A DNA stretch of 63,157 bases, counting the filler, from Hausera hauseri (taxonomy: Eukaryota), in the NCBI GenBank assembly GCA_046269625.1. It is 10 parts of 10 records of this genome, joined end to end, with 100 filler letters (N's around TTAATTAATTAA, not from the genome) between each part and the next. Parts side by side here need not be neighbours in the genome. Positions count along the whole stretch, not along the records: positions 23,675 to 28,796 come from JBJURY010329160.1; positions 28,897 to 34,919 come from JBJURY010151755.1; positions 35,020 to 39,653 come from JBJURY010495686.1; 7 more parts are not named here. The stretch is one strand, 5' to 3'. The position numbers and the translations under genes were made by a program. Shown here piece by piece: positions 23,881 to 37,542 of this stretch (the stretch's first letter is position 1; each line of letters opens with the position of its first letter). The notes beneath the pieces were generated by a model, which saw only the letters and a program-made list of their open reading frames with translations, was not told the DNA's origin and did no database searches.

Positions 23881-24183
23881 AGCAGTATTACAGTTTGCGA
23901 ATTTCGTAATGATGAGCTTTGAATATTCGATGAATATTTTGGTTTTGACAGAACAACAAGAAAACACGAGCAAAACTTTTGTTGAGGTATTGAACTTTGT
24001 TTCAATTATCGCTTGTCGTTATATTGTCAGATGGATCTCTCAATCTCAGACAGGAATCCACAAATTCGAATTGGTGTAGTCTTGATGAGACACCACTGTA
24101 CGACGAGGGAAAAGCGACAAAAGTGCATTAGTTCGTCGGCAAAACAATTAACAACAAATAAAAAAAAATTTAAAAGTTTTTTT

Positions 24184-27100
24184 TGGGCACAACATCACCC
24201 CAACCCCCATGGCAATGCAAAGACAAACGAGGTAAGAAAATAGAAAATGAGTAGAAACGGTGCAGGCAGTCTAAATGGTCTTTGTGTGGGTAAAACGTTG
24301 TACTCCTGCAGTGTTAATCTCCTTACTATAGGTACTAAATGTAACTGATTTGTGAATTTTCAGTGTCTTTGAACATGCTTGTTGAGGTGATTGGAATACA
24401 GTAAAATCGGATTTGGTCGTGTTAGTTGTTGTGTCGTACCAAGACGGGGAAGGAAATGGAGGATAAGATGTAGGAGAAGAGGGAGTAAAAGTTGTTAGGG
24501 TAGTAGAATCCGAGATTGGAGGAGGTTCTGGTAGAGGAGTAGAAATAGTGGTCGGCATGAAAATGGGTGCAGGTGGTGGAGGGACGAAGGAGGAAAAGGT
24601 GGAGAAGTCAAAAGGGGGTTAGAATATTCAATTTGTGGGGTATCATCTACAAAAAAGGCAGGCTTTACGTTGTTGATATGTACCGCTAGTTCCTTACCGT
24701 CTTTTGAGATAATGGCATTGTGGGAATGCAATTGAACAAGTTTGTAAGGTCCAAAATACCGTGGTTGAAAACCGCACGGCGTCTGGTTTCTTATCCAGAC
24801 GAACTTTGCCTAGTATAAATCCTCCGGTAGGTACGTATTATTATTATTTATTATCCTGCAAAATGAATCTTTACTAACTGTGACAAAATGGTCCTGTGCC
24901 GTTCGGATAGCTTCATCCGTAGTTGTGTCTTTCAAGGCAGTTAACTCAAATAATGAACGTACAGATGTTCCAAAAAGGGCTTCCGTAGGTTAACAACCAG
25001 TAGAAGTAGAAGGAGTGTTACGCCAACCCAGAATAACCAAAGGAAGAAGAGTAATCCAACTGCTATTGGATTCTGAGAGGATTCTCAGTGACGTTTTTAG
25101 TGTTCTGTGGAATCTCTCAAGAAGACCATTCGATTGGAGGTGATACGGTGATGTAAGTATATTGCTAATTCCTAATCGGTTAACGAGAGATTGAAACAAA
25201 TTAGACTCACATTGAGTACCTTGGTCTGTAATAATAAATCTAGGGGATCTAAATCTGCTGATGCAAATACGTACGAAAATGTCAACTATTGTGTACGTGT
25301 TAGTGCTCCGTAGTGGGACAGCTTTTGGCCAACGTAAGAAACGATCCATCATGGTCAAAATGAACTGGTGGCCATTGTCAGGAGGAAGAGGGTCAACGAG
25401 ATCAATGTAAACAGAATCGAAACGTGATGTGCAAGGAAAATGATAAAGTGGTGGCTTCAAATGTTTGGTGATTTTAAATTTCTGGAAAGCCACGCACTCC
25501 TTAACCCACGCTTGCACATCAGAACGCATAGTCGGCCATATTACTTGCCGGTGGAGTAAGCGAAAAGTTGCCTTAGCGCCAGGATGGTGCAGTGAATGTA
25601 CACTGTTAAACGCTTGCCGTTGTAAGGGTGGTGCGAGAATTATTACGGAATGACCTGGTTTGGAAGTGTCTAAAGCCACGCCGTCAACAATTGTGTAAGA
25701 CTTAAAAGAATTAAGTATATCTTAAGGTGGCTGGTTCTGTTGGAGTTGTACCTGAGAGAAGATTGGTGAAAAATTAATTAAACCAACCGTCCTGGACAGG
25801 AAATCGGCAACCAAATTATTGACGTCGTTAATGTTTTATGTCGAAGTTGTATGTTGACAGATATGATATTTGTCGTTCTTGGCGTGAGGAAGGATGTTTC
25901 ATAGTCATGATGTTTAGCAAGAGCTTGTGATCGGTCAGTATGGTAAAACGGCGAGCGACCAGTAGGTGAGCGAAATGCTTCAAAGCGAGTAAGATGGCCA
26001 ATAATTCTCGATCGAACGTTGAATATCGAGTTTCAGGGGGTGTCAGCTTACGAGAGAAAAATTCTAGTGGTTGATTTTCTCCTTTGTATATTTGATGAAG
26101 CACAGCACCTACCGCAGTGGTTAAAGCGTCTGTAGTAAGAATGAGTTCCGCGTCAGGCTTAGGGAAAGCGAGAATGTCAACGGTCTTAATTTCTTCACGA
26201 AGCTTGTCAAACTTATCGACCAGGTCAGGTGACCACTGGATTGGCTGATGTTTTTGCCACCGCTTAGGTGTTCAAATGGTGCGGTAAGTTTAGAGCAGTA
26301 CGACACATACTTGTGAACGAAGTGCAAAGTTCCCAAAAAGCTCCTAATTTCTGATGTTGTTCGAGGTAGTTGTATACTTTTGAGAGCTTCAACACGTTCT
26401 GGCTGAGGAGAATGACCATTTGATAAAATGATGTGTCCGAGAAAGTTAATATTCTTTTGAAAGAAGTGATATTTCGTAAAATTAATTTGTAAATTATGGT
26501 GGTTAAGTCATTCGAAAACGGAACAAAGGTGTTCCTCATGCTGTATAATTGAAGATGAAGCAATCAAGATATCGTCGATATATGGATGCGCAAAAGTGAA
26601 ATCCGAGAGGATTGAATGGATGTAACGTTGTAAAATCTGCGCAACGTTGTGTAAACCAAAAGGCATATAAATGTATTCGTAAAGGCCAAAAGGTGTCGTA
26701 ACGGCAGTTTTTTCGATATCCTCAGGTGCTACAGGAATTTGATGATATGCCTTGGCTAAGTCTGTGGTTAAATACACTGTAGTGGAATTGAGCCGATGCA
26801 GGATATCCTTAATTAGTGGTAAAGAATATGCGTCCATAACAGTTAAAGTGTTCAGCTGACAGTAATCATCGCATGGTCGGAAAGATCCATCCTTTTTTAA
26901 ACTACGTGTAAAGGCAAAGACCACGGTGATTTAGATCTGCGTACGATTCCGGAGCGTTCAAGGTCTAGAAATTCCGCTTCGACAGCTTGCCTACGATGAG
27001 GTGAAAATGGACGTACCTTTTGACGAATAGGTCTTTGGTGTCGCGTTATAATGTGATGAAAAGTGCTGTTTGTATGTGTGAAGGTTTGATCTTTCTGAAT

Positions 27101-28796
27101 TAAGCGTGGGCATGAATTGTGTATGTATTGCCGAAGACTTTCAGACAATTGCGAGAGATTGTGTGTTGGTTGTGGTGTTGCGTCAATGTGTGCTGTGACG
27201 AATGATGTTTGAGAGTTATTGAAATCACGAGGAATTTGGTGTAGGATAGTGGCATTAAAAATAGTGTTCGAAGTAGTAATTTTCGGTAGCGACTGTACTG
27301 AACCAACACAATCGTAATTGTCAGAACCAAATTCCGACTGAATATCGATATTATCATTAAAAAATTTACAAAATGAAAAATGCTTGTTGCAGAGATTTGG
27401 ATGACTTACAGGATTTTTGAGTATCGGCTTCTGCGGGAAGGTCGCTTGTGCCCTAGCAGATATATTATTTATTCGTCCGGTAACATATCCAGTAATGTTA
27501 CGTTTGCAATCAACTAAAAGATTATAGTGTGATAAGAAATCCGAATCTAGGGTTGCTGTGCGGACGTTAGCAACGGTAAACGTGCAATGAAACGTGGACT
27601 GGAAGTTTGGTAAGGTTAACGAGAAGTTAGATGCACCCGAAATGTCTAGCGGTTCTCCTGAAGCCGTAAATAATGATTTAGCTTTGAATGGTGAATTTTG
27701 TACAGGGAAAGTGAGTAATAACAAAAAAACCGCAGCGCCTGTGTCAATAAGGAAATCTATGGATCGAGTTGTTGGTATGGTGATAGAAACATTTAGTGCA
27801 AAAACTGCAAAAGAAGAGAGTCGACCGGTAGTATTAGAGAAGTTACCTTTGCCACACTGGGCCGTGAGTACTGGCGGCGAAATTACTTTTTTGAAAAAGG
27901 AGAAACAGGGCGGCTGTTAGAAAAGAGGTTTGTGTGTTTTTCATTTGCATGATAAGATTTGTTCTTAAAAGTGCAACCAGGAATGCATATGAGTGCATTA
28001 TGTTGGAATTTTGCATGATATATGCAAGTGGCGTTATTTGTATGATATCTTTGGTTATAAAATTTACACACTAGGGGGCATTTTAGTGCATTATTGTCAA
28101 ACTTACCGTGGTAATAGCAGATCAATGATCGTCCAGGTGAAGGTGAACGACCACGAGATATAGAACGGTTACGGTCACGTATGAAACGTCCCCCGACTAG
28201 TCAATGAAATCTCTTTCAATTTATTGTTAATATTACTTATTGTTGTTTGTACGGTCGCATTTTCGGCTCGTAGTTGATTTAACTGCTGTTTGAATGTAGC
28301 GTTGTTGGTAGTAACGGTTGCAGAAATGACTGATTGGGTGTGTACATTCAAAACCTCGTATGTTTTGTCTGACAGTTCGGCCAGTTTATCAAGTGTCGTC
28401 GATTCTTCGACGACAGTAAGTAAGGCCCTAATTTGTATGGGCACTGCGTTCAGAAAGTAGCTTCAGAAAAATATCAGCGTATGTTGTTTTGTCACGCCAA
28501 GTGCCTGAAGTTAAACGAGTAAAGTTCTGACAAAATCTGATGGTTTTTGCGTTCTCATATCATTGTCGTTGAAGAACCGATGAATTATGGACTCCATAAA
28601 TGGTTCGGTAAGCTTTAGAACGGCATTGTAAAGATGGGTGTATGGATCTGGTTGTTGAAGATGTCTAGCATATCATAAATGGCCGTTTTTACAGTTGTCG
28701 GTAAAAGACAAAGTAGGTTATGAGCTTTGGTTAGCGGATCAGTAATGTTGTTAGACTGCAGCCAAAGTTTGTGAAAGCTAAGCCAGGTTTTGCTGG
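24184..28796 (-). mobile_element. Decayed Gypsy element, family A (gag, PR, RT, RNase H, IN, Ser/Pro/Thr tail, PPT), 5'-truncated by the linker
   Basis: CYYHGKF..A..C gag motifs; LIDTGAA; YIDD; FFSRKL...YSTFDRELLAI; H.LHHPG; NGLLERFHRTLK; PPT 24198..24213; many frameshifts and stops. Confidence 0.92.
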
Positions 28797-28896
28797 NNNN
28801 NNNNNNNNNNNNNNNNNNNNNNNNNNNNNNNNNNNNNNNNTTAATTAATTAANNNNNNNNNNNNNNNNNNNNNNNNNNNNNNNNNNNNNNNNNNNN
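28797..28896. other. Artificial contig linker
   Basis: 44 N + TTAATTAATTAA + 44 N. Confidence 0.98.
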
Positions 28897-29029
28897 GAAA
28901 AAATGTAATAGAAAAGAAAAAGGTTTCAAAAGAAATTCAAAAAGAAAAAAGGGAACGAGAGTTTTTTATCTGTAAGTTGGAACTGTTGCAAATGTGTCTT
29001 CTCGTCCGAGAGGGACTTCTTAAAAGTAG

Positions 29030-29830
29030 TGGAAAATTTGAGACATGAAAAGATACAAACATGAAAACTTGCCGGCAAGAACGTTGTCGACGTGGGAGTT
29101 ATCGACATGAGAAGTATCCGACATGACAAAGTCACTGACATGAAAAAAATTAAAACATAAACGTTGTCGACATAACAAAACTGTCAACATAAAGGTTGTC
29201 GACGTGAAAAAAAGCCTAACATGAAAACTTGAGACGTGCAACCAAAGTCGCCGACATGAAAGTTGACGACCCGAAAGTTGTCGACATGAACGTTGTGTAA
29301 ATCAAGGATGTCGACGTGAAAACTTATCAATGTGAAAACTTGAGACTCGGAACGTTGCTGATATGAAAAAATACTGACATTCCAAAGTCACTACACAAAA
29401 GTTGTCAACACTAATGTTGTCGACATTAAGGTTGTCGACGTGTAAAGTCACCAACATGAAAAGACTCCAACATGACAAAGTCGCCGACATGAAAGTTGAT
29501 GACACAAAAGGCGTCGCCTCAAACGTTGTCGACATAAACGTTTTCAACTTGAAAGTTGTTGACATGAACGTTATCAACAAGAAAGTCGCCAACATGAAAC
29601 GTCACCAACATGACAAAACCGCCGATGTGAACGTTTTCGACCCCAATGTTGTCGTCACGACCATTGTCGACATGACCATTGTCGACATGAAAGATGTCGA
29701 CATGAAAATTTGCCGATGTGAAAAAATCCTAACATGAAACCTTGAGATGTGGAACGTCACCGATATGAAAATTTACTGACATGCCAAAGTCGCCCCCATG
29801 AAGGTTAATGACACGAAAACTGCTGACACG
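29030..29830. repeat. Degenerate 15-bp tandem array centred on GTCGAC
   Basis: Consensus ~AAAGTTGTCGACATG; larger blocks recur near 29208, 29330 and 29720. Confidence 0.85.
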
Positions 29831-30515
29831 TGCTCCCAAAAGCATACATAAGCATGATGAACACGAATTAAACCACCGCCAGCACCCTTAAGAAATCCGA
29901 CCTTAACAGAAAATACCCACCTTACATGACTCAACATGCCCCTAAACATGATGAAGACGAACTAAACCACCACCAGCACCCTTAAGACACGCGACCTTAA
30001 AAAAATATCCCCCTTCCATAACCAGACTTGCTTCAAAAGACATGTTCAAGCATGATGAAGACGACCTAAACCACCACCAGCACCCTTAAGAAAATCAACT
30101 TTAACAGAAAATATCCCCCTTACATGACTCGACTTGCTCCCAAAGACGTGCTCAAGTATGATGAAGACGACCTAAACCACCGCCAGCACCCATAAGAAAC
30201 CCAACTTTAACAGAAAATATCCCCCTTACATGAATCGACTTGCTCCCAAAGACATGCTCAAGTATGATGAAGACGAACTAAAACACCGCCAGCACCCTTA
30301 AGAAACCCGACCTTAACAGAAAATATCCCCCTTACATGACTCATCTTGCTCCCAAAAGACATGCTCAAGTATGATGAAGACGAACTAAACCACCGCAGCA
30401 CCCGTAAGAAGCCCGACCTTAACAGAAAATATCCCTCTTGCATGACTCGACATGACCCTAATCATGATGAAGACGACCGAACCACCGCCAGCACCCTTAA
30501 GAAACCCGATTTTAA
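29830..30515. repeat. Tandem array of ~93-107-bp units, ~7 copies
   Basis: ATGATGAAGACGAACTAAACCACCGCCAGCACCCTTAAGAAACCCGACCTTAACAGAAAATATCCCC recurs; unit starts at 30048, 30154, 30260, 30367. Confidence 0.9.
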
Positions 30516-30899
30516 CACGTTCCGTACCCATAACTGCCCATAACGTGAAAGCGTAGTCATGCATTGACCCCTAGCAACGGCCTTGGACGTGCTAGATAGT
30601 GATGTTTTTAGAGCATCATGTGTATTGTTATTTGTTGTTATTTTTTATTAAAACTTATTAAAATAGTGAACTAATATAATAAAATATTTAATTTTACATT
30701 TGAAAGCAAAAAAATTGCGCTTTTGTAATTTAAATTAAATTAAAACACGATGTGTCCGAGATTTGTCTCTTCCGGGCACTCTTCGAAAAATGGCTTGATG
30801 TACGCTTCATAATGACAGTGCATTTCGAACTAAATTGTGTTGTGATTCTTAATCTAATTGCCTTAGTGATTAGGGATATAAATTAAATTATGATTATAT

Positions 30900-32412
30900 T
30901 AATGAAGATTCTTCATCTAATAATGTTTTAGTTGATTTTGAGGGGTTGAAACGAAAAAACTTAGTGACAGTTCAGTTATGTCAGTCAAATCCAATGTTTT
31001 CGATAGACATGTGGCATTTTTTTCGGCTATACAAACAAATATTCAATAATTTATCTACTATCCTGAGTGATAGAAATGTAGAAGAATGAACTGAGAAAGA
31101 CTTTCAGCCAGTTCTTCAATCACTTGTTGCTGATTCTGGTATGACAGTACAGTCACAGTGACTGACTCAGAAAATATTCCTGCCTGAAATAATACTGAAA
31201 TATTTGTTTCAAGTTTCAAACAATGTTTAGAAAGGATTTTTTTTAGTATCTAGCCACAGTAGACAAATATGTAATGTGTGCAGACAAACTGTACAAGTCT
31301 TATTCAAGATTAATAAATTCAACTACTGCATACATTTTTTAAAAAATTATTTTCATAGGTCACTCAAGGAAAGCACATAATAAAAATATAGGACCACCAA
31401 CACACTACTTCAAACACTCATATTTTCTAAAACAAAGAGAACTGCCAGACTTGTGCACATTTCTACTTATTTACACTGTTCAGATAATTTTGAAATTAAA
31501 CCAGAAACCAAGATCAAGCCTTTGTTGGAGCATTTTTTGCCAAAATTTCAAGAGTTGCATAAAGCAAAACATTAGCACTCGCCGAATGAAGGGAAGATCC
31601 CATGGAGAGGACGGCTTACATTCAGGGTACATAATAACCCTCGCAAGCTTACTAAATGCTGTATTCTTATTAGACTTTGTATGTAAAACTGATACAAGCT
31701 TTATCCTGAGCATGGAGATACATACTGGAGAAAGGAAAATTCTTGAAGAGACCATCTTGTCGGTTGTGAATCCTTACTTCGGTTGTGAATCCTTACTTCG
31801 GCATGTGGCATTATGTTTATCAGGATAATTTCTACAACAGTAGCATTTCATGTTATAAATTATGCACTGTTTAATATGTACAGGATCTAACAAGCTCTAA
31901 AAGGAAAGAAAAAAACAACAAACAGCTTTTAGTTGTAGTGGCAAAATTTTTGGCATCTGGAAATTAATTTTCTGAAGCAGGGGAGGGGGTAGATGAATCA
32001 GGACCTTCTGTCAAGAATTAAAAGGGCCCCAAGCAAAGACCATCCAAAAAAGTTTACCACAAATATTTAAGGATGATTTTCTAATAAAGCTTAAGTCAAA
32101 AAGATCAAAAAGACAACTTTACAGGAGGTGCAATGTGTGGTCAGTTCATGAAAAAGAAGTGAAAACAATGTTTATGTGTAGAATTTGCAGTGCTTTATTA
32201 AATTCTGGAGAATATTTCATGAAATATCATACATTAAAAGATACTAAGACATGTCTGGAGCCTTCCTACCAGTTTGGATTAATTTATCCCATGGGTGAGT
32301 AGAGTTATTTAATTTTTTCTAACACATGTATGCATTCCATGTTTTTTTTTCAGAAAATGGGTGGGAACTGGGGAAAGTTAAGGGCAAACAACTGCAGTCC
32401 TGAAAGTATTAA
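30900..32412 (+). mobile_element. Decayed piggyBac (PGBD4-like) transposon remnant
   Basis: IPWRGRLTFRVHN.P.K, MEIHTGE...LEETILSVVNPY, YQDNFYNS, C-terminal Cys-rich remnant ending FMKYHTLKDY*, right end ...CCTGAAAGTA-TTAA; left boundary uncertain. Confidence 0.75.
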
Positions 32413-32949
32413 CAAGATCAGTTTAAGCCTTCAAAACAATTTAAAAGGATGACTGCATCATTTGCGTATCTGAGAGTGCATTGTCTTACTCCCTTTATCT
32501 CCAACTATTCTGATGTTTCCCTAGTTGTTCTAAAAGCTGCTTATTTTTCATGCATGATACAATGATTCAGTCAGGTGAAATATCCGTGTTCGATACCTAT
32601 GTCTCTCATGTTTCATAAATTTTTATGATGCACACAGTCAAAAGACTTGGTGTAATCTATGAAACAAGCATGAAGGTCTACACTGTACTCTCTGCACTTC
32701 TCAAAAAGAAGTATTTCTCATCTGGTCCCAGTGTCTTATCTAAAACCAGCCTACAATATACTTCATCTATTTCATCTTTCAACTTCTTTTCTATTCCCCT
32801 CATGAAATTCTCGAAAGAGTTGGATTCCTTTACTTTACTTTTTAGTATGTCATTGCAACATGGTGATTTCCCATTCCTTAGACTTTGATGGCTGAGTGTG
32901 CTTCATCTAGCATAGGTTTTGGCTCTATGGCTTTGTTCTCCATTGTTAT

Positions 32950-33285
32950 GGTTCTGGATACACAGCCACCCTTGAATTACAGTGCCAGGGCTGATGAACC
33001 ATAATGAGCCAAGATCTTCTGTCAGATGTCCCCATCGTTGTCCCAGTCAATGGTAGGGAAACCTGCTGGGTAACTGGCGGACGTTCAAGATGGTCCCCAT
33101 TTGACAGGTGGATCACTTCTATAGGACCAAACACTGCGCTAAAGCCTGGAGGACCTTGTTCCAACACCTAAGACACTTCTGCCACATCGGGAAAGCTCAG
33201 CTACTCTCCTCAATAGTCCTTCTTAGGGCTGCAACGTTCCTTCTTACGGTTGGTGATATGGAGATCGAAAAAGAACAACAATAAC
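32950..33285 (+). mobile_element. ~330-bp SINE-like element, copy 2
   Basis: Colinear with 12034..12345; ends ATCGAAAAAGAACAACAA. Confidence 0.8.
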
Positions 33286-34919
33286 GACAATGAATAAACA
33301 TGTAACAGTTTACAGCATTACAATTTAAAAAAAAAAAAAAGAAAAATCAAATTATTATCTGGCGTAGTCGATAATGATTGTCTCGCAAAGATATATTTCC
33401 CATCTGAATTACACTGGCAGTTATGTATTTATTCTGGAAATATTTACGAAATGTAGAATTGCTTACTTCATAGTACCAGGAAGTAGTAGGCAGTAACGTT
33501 ATACATAACGACGTATACATGAATGAGGAATTAGTGTCCAACATTTTAATTGACCAAAGGCACATAATTTGGTTTTGTGGTCATCACAACGCCATTTCCC
33601 CTTTAATTCACCAAATAATTTCTACGGTACCCATTTTTTAAGAGAACATTCGACCTAACACTGAAAAAATCAAGCACCGTCTTAGATATTTAAGAGTTAA
33701 ATTTTTTGTACGCGGATGGCTACATTTTGTCCATACGTGTTCCGTTCTCCTCCATACTGGGAGATCTCATTTCACGAACTCCGAGCTAAAGTGCATGGGT
33801 CGAAGGAATAAAAGAGGACAAAGTAGCTGGTTTAACGAATGTTCAAGTGACTTTGCGTGGGACATTAGTAGTTATATAGGTAGGTTTGGGGTATGATTTC
33901 ATGGGAATAGAATTGACTTATATAGTAGGGGGATCTAATTGGCTCATATATAGCAAAATATTAAGGGGGATCTTGGTAAGGGGAAACTACATCCTCTTTG
34001 AGAGGGGTGGTAAGGTGATGCTTTTTATGCAACCTCAGCATTTTTGGTCTTCTTAGGTTCTGTGCTTTGATTAGTTAGTTCATCACAGCACGCGGGACAA
34101 GTCCATAAGTGCCCCGACCTCCTCCTCAGTAGCTTTTTGATTACGTAATTTTGTGTAGTTAATTTTCTGTAGTTAGGAGGCGTGTTGCATCATCGTGTGC
34201 CTTGTTGTATAAGGATTTATTGTTTATTAGTGACCAACACCTTCTGACACCTACATGTAGATGGGGTGGGTGTTTCGTAACTGTTCATAAAGGTGGGTCT
34301 GTGATCATCAGCAGAGTCATCTAGGAGTCTGGGTGTAGGTATTAATAAACTATTAGTGACCAAGACCTTCTAACACCTCCGTGATTAGGATATATTGTTT
34401 CCCAAATAGAGACTGGTGGTTCTTCTTCATATGTCTTGGTAGAGGATTCAGGTTGTAGATATGTCATATAGGGGGAGATAGTGTCATCAGGGGTCATTTG
34501 AGGAATCTGGAGGAGCACCAGCGACTGTGGTTGAGTCTGGGCACTGAGTGTTAGCACTGACATGTTGGCAAATGTTTTTGGCTAGTGGTCAGGTATCCAT
34601 CGGGGATGCAGCAGAAAAGTTCAAGAGGGGCTGATGATTGTCGGGGGATAGGGAGCTGTAGCTACTTCTTCCATGTGTCATGGTAGAGATGGTTGCATTT
34701 TCAGGGGTAGATACGGAAAGTATTTCGGTGGAAGATAGTAGCCATTATCATTATGTGCCCTGCCTAACAGTGTTGGGTTGTCATCAGGTGTTGGAAGCAA
34801 CGCTTTGAATCTGCTGCCCTGCTCGAGGGCCGTTTGAGGAGTCTGGAGCAGCATCGTCGACTGTGGTTAAATATGGGAGCTGAGTGTTAGTGCTGACATA
34901 TGGGAAAATGTGAGCCCCA

Positions 34920-35019
34920 NNNNNNNNNNNNNNNNNNNNNNNNNNNNNNNNNNNNNNNNNNNNTTAATTAATTAANNNNNNNNNNNNNNNNNNNNNNNNN
35001 NNNNNNNNNNNNNNNNNNN
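34920..35019. other. Artificial contig linker
   Basis: 44 N + TTAATTAATTAA + 44 N. Confidence 0.98.
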
Positions 35020-36396
35020 TTTCAAGTTTGTGCATATCGACATCAATTCATTCTTATCATGATAGACCGTTCCTCGCGATGGCCAGAAGCCACCCCTCTG
35101 CGGAGCAAAAACACCCATACCATAGCTGACGTTTTCATTCGTACATGGATTAGCAGGTTTGTATCACCTCGTTTCATCATCACGGACCAGGGTCCACAGT
35201 TTGAATCCAACCTGTTCAAATCCCTTGTTAACCGCTTGAAGATCCATCACATACATACTATGCCTTACCATCCACAATCGAATGGCCTCCTAAAACGCTT
35301 CCACTGAACATTGAAAACGTAACTAAGAATCCTTGAAGAGTTCAACACTAGTCAGACGAATCTTCTTCCGTTTGTTCTGCTTGGCTGGCGGAACACTCCG
35401 CCTACTTCTACAGAATGCTCATCTACGAAGCTTTATTCGGAGCTCCTGTATAACCATTGTTCAAACTAACTGCCCTAGACGACACTCCTACAGATGAAAC
35501 GATACGGGCGGCACAAATCACTTCGTTACGGTCAGCAAAGATTCGTTCTGTAGAATACTTCACAAAGACAAAACACATTTACCCGAAGACTTGTATTCGG
35601 TAAAATTCGTACGACTAAAAAATCAAACGCCGTGAGGTTTCCAGCCGCGGTATCTGGGGCCCTATAAACTGATACAGCTGCATTCACATAATAATATTAT
35701 CCCTAAAGACGGCAAAGAACTTACAGTACATATTACCAACTTAAAGCCCGACTTCTTTGTCGATGACACTTCACCAATCGACGCGTCGACCTCTTTTGTC
35801 ACTCCTACACTTCCTGCTGTTTTTATATATGTTGCTACACCAGTTTCACCTTCTCCTTCTGCTTCTAGTTCTACTTCATCATTTTCCACACCTTCCACTT
35901 TTATTCCTATCTCTCTGCCTTTATCTACCAATCCCTCAGCCTCATTTTCTACTTCTACTCTTTCGCCTAGCACAATTCCAATTTCTACTTCAAGTTTCGT
36001 CTCTCTTCCTTCATCTGCTACTTCACCTTTCGTCACTCCTTCGTCTTCTAACACTCTCTTGAGTACCTTTAACCATCCGTCTCTAACAGTCTCTTTCCCT
36101 CCTTCACCTTCTTCTTCCCTTCGTTTTGAATCGTCTTTGCACGACACGGCACTCACAACAAAATCTGATAATTTTTCCCAACCTCAACCTCTGCAAGCAA
36201 ACACACCGCATAAAGACAACACACACAGAGTCACATTTAGCAAGTATAGCAGGAAAAATCAGCAGAAGGCACCCAACATCTTGTTCACACTAAAACCAAC
36301 TGACACAGACACTTCTCGTTTAGCGATTCTTTCTTTTCGTTTATTCTGATCCTTATAGTTTTCACTTTGCCACGGGGGGGGGTGATGTGGTACCCA
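35020..36396 (+). mobile_element. 3' part of Gypsy family A element (integrase core, GPY, Ser/Pro/Thr tail, PPT)
   Basis: IDRSSRWPEATPL, TDQGPQFES, YHPQSNG, YLGPYKL; PPT GCCACGGGGGGGGG at 36369..36382. Confidence 0.9.
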
Positions 36397-37542
36397 CGGC
36401 GGCCGGTGCCCTTTGGCCTATTTGGTCAGGAGTGGCTGGCCGTCCGTTGTCACTGCGTCGGGCCCATAGTAGGGCCCAATTTTGCGCCTCGAAAATTTCT
36501 CCATCCAAAAGTTTTACGTATTTCTCGTATCGCATTTCACAAGTATTAAATTTGTCACTAATTTCAAACAAGTAAAACTGCAGGCAATTTGCTTTTTATG
36601 TAATGAGCAAAGTTTATTCAGGTACAAATTCGTTCTATGCATTTCAGAACAGTATTGCTGATGTTCAGAATTTGGATGACGATGATGACTGTATGAAAGT
36701 TTCTTTTCCAGACACTCATTCAACAGCAGAAGCCGTAATTCAGCAACATAAACAGCATAATCAAAGACCAGACTATAAAACCCGGATATTGGATTTTGGC
36801 CTTTGATGTCGAATAATTCAGAAAATTATTTGAATCAAGGTCGCTTACTGTGCTTTACGAAATATCTGCCACAACAATTTGTAATGAATTCGACATGCTA
36901 CATACAGCCTAGTACAGAATCTAATGTAATTTATGCAACCAACGGTGGTCAAATGTCATTGTATCAAGATGAAACAAATATCACTGGCGACGGCAACAAT
37001 AATTTCGTGTCTGGTGAAGCAAATAACAACAGTACAACTGGTACAACTTTTTACTGAACAGGTCAGCTGTGAAAAAGAAACGAAAGAAACCGATATGTAT
37101 TCAAAATTCAAATCAATCGAGTCTCAATCTTTTCATCACCAAACATATCGAACTAAAAAACAAATCAAGCAAGAACAACAGAAAAGTGAATCTCAAACGC
37201 CTGATTTAGCATCGATTCATAGCATTAATGCCTTAAGTCAAAATAGCAGCACCAGTATTAATAGTATTTTATATTCAAATTTGCTATCAACTGAGTTTAA
37301 CAATGGCGTTTACAATGATAATAATAACAATACGAACAACACGTCAAATTTCATTAGACCGTCAACATATCCCACTTCTGACACCAATGTTAATATCAGT
37401 CATTTTGGTTTCTTGATGAATGATGAAATAATTGGAATTTAAAAAGTTCAATAATTTTTAAAATACAACCTAATGTATTTAATATTAAAACTAACTGTTT
37501 AAAATAAATTGTTTTTCATACGACTCACCAATTGGGTAAATG

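Noticed and set aside
32990-33015. Hammerhead ribozyme from CTGATGA/CTGACGA in both SINE copies
   Set aside because: No stem II followed by GAAA
35662-36156. 164-aa Glu/Gly/Val-rich minus-strand ORF
   Set aside because: Antisense shadow of the Ser/Pro/Thr-rich integrase tail
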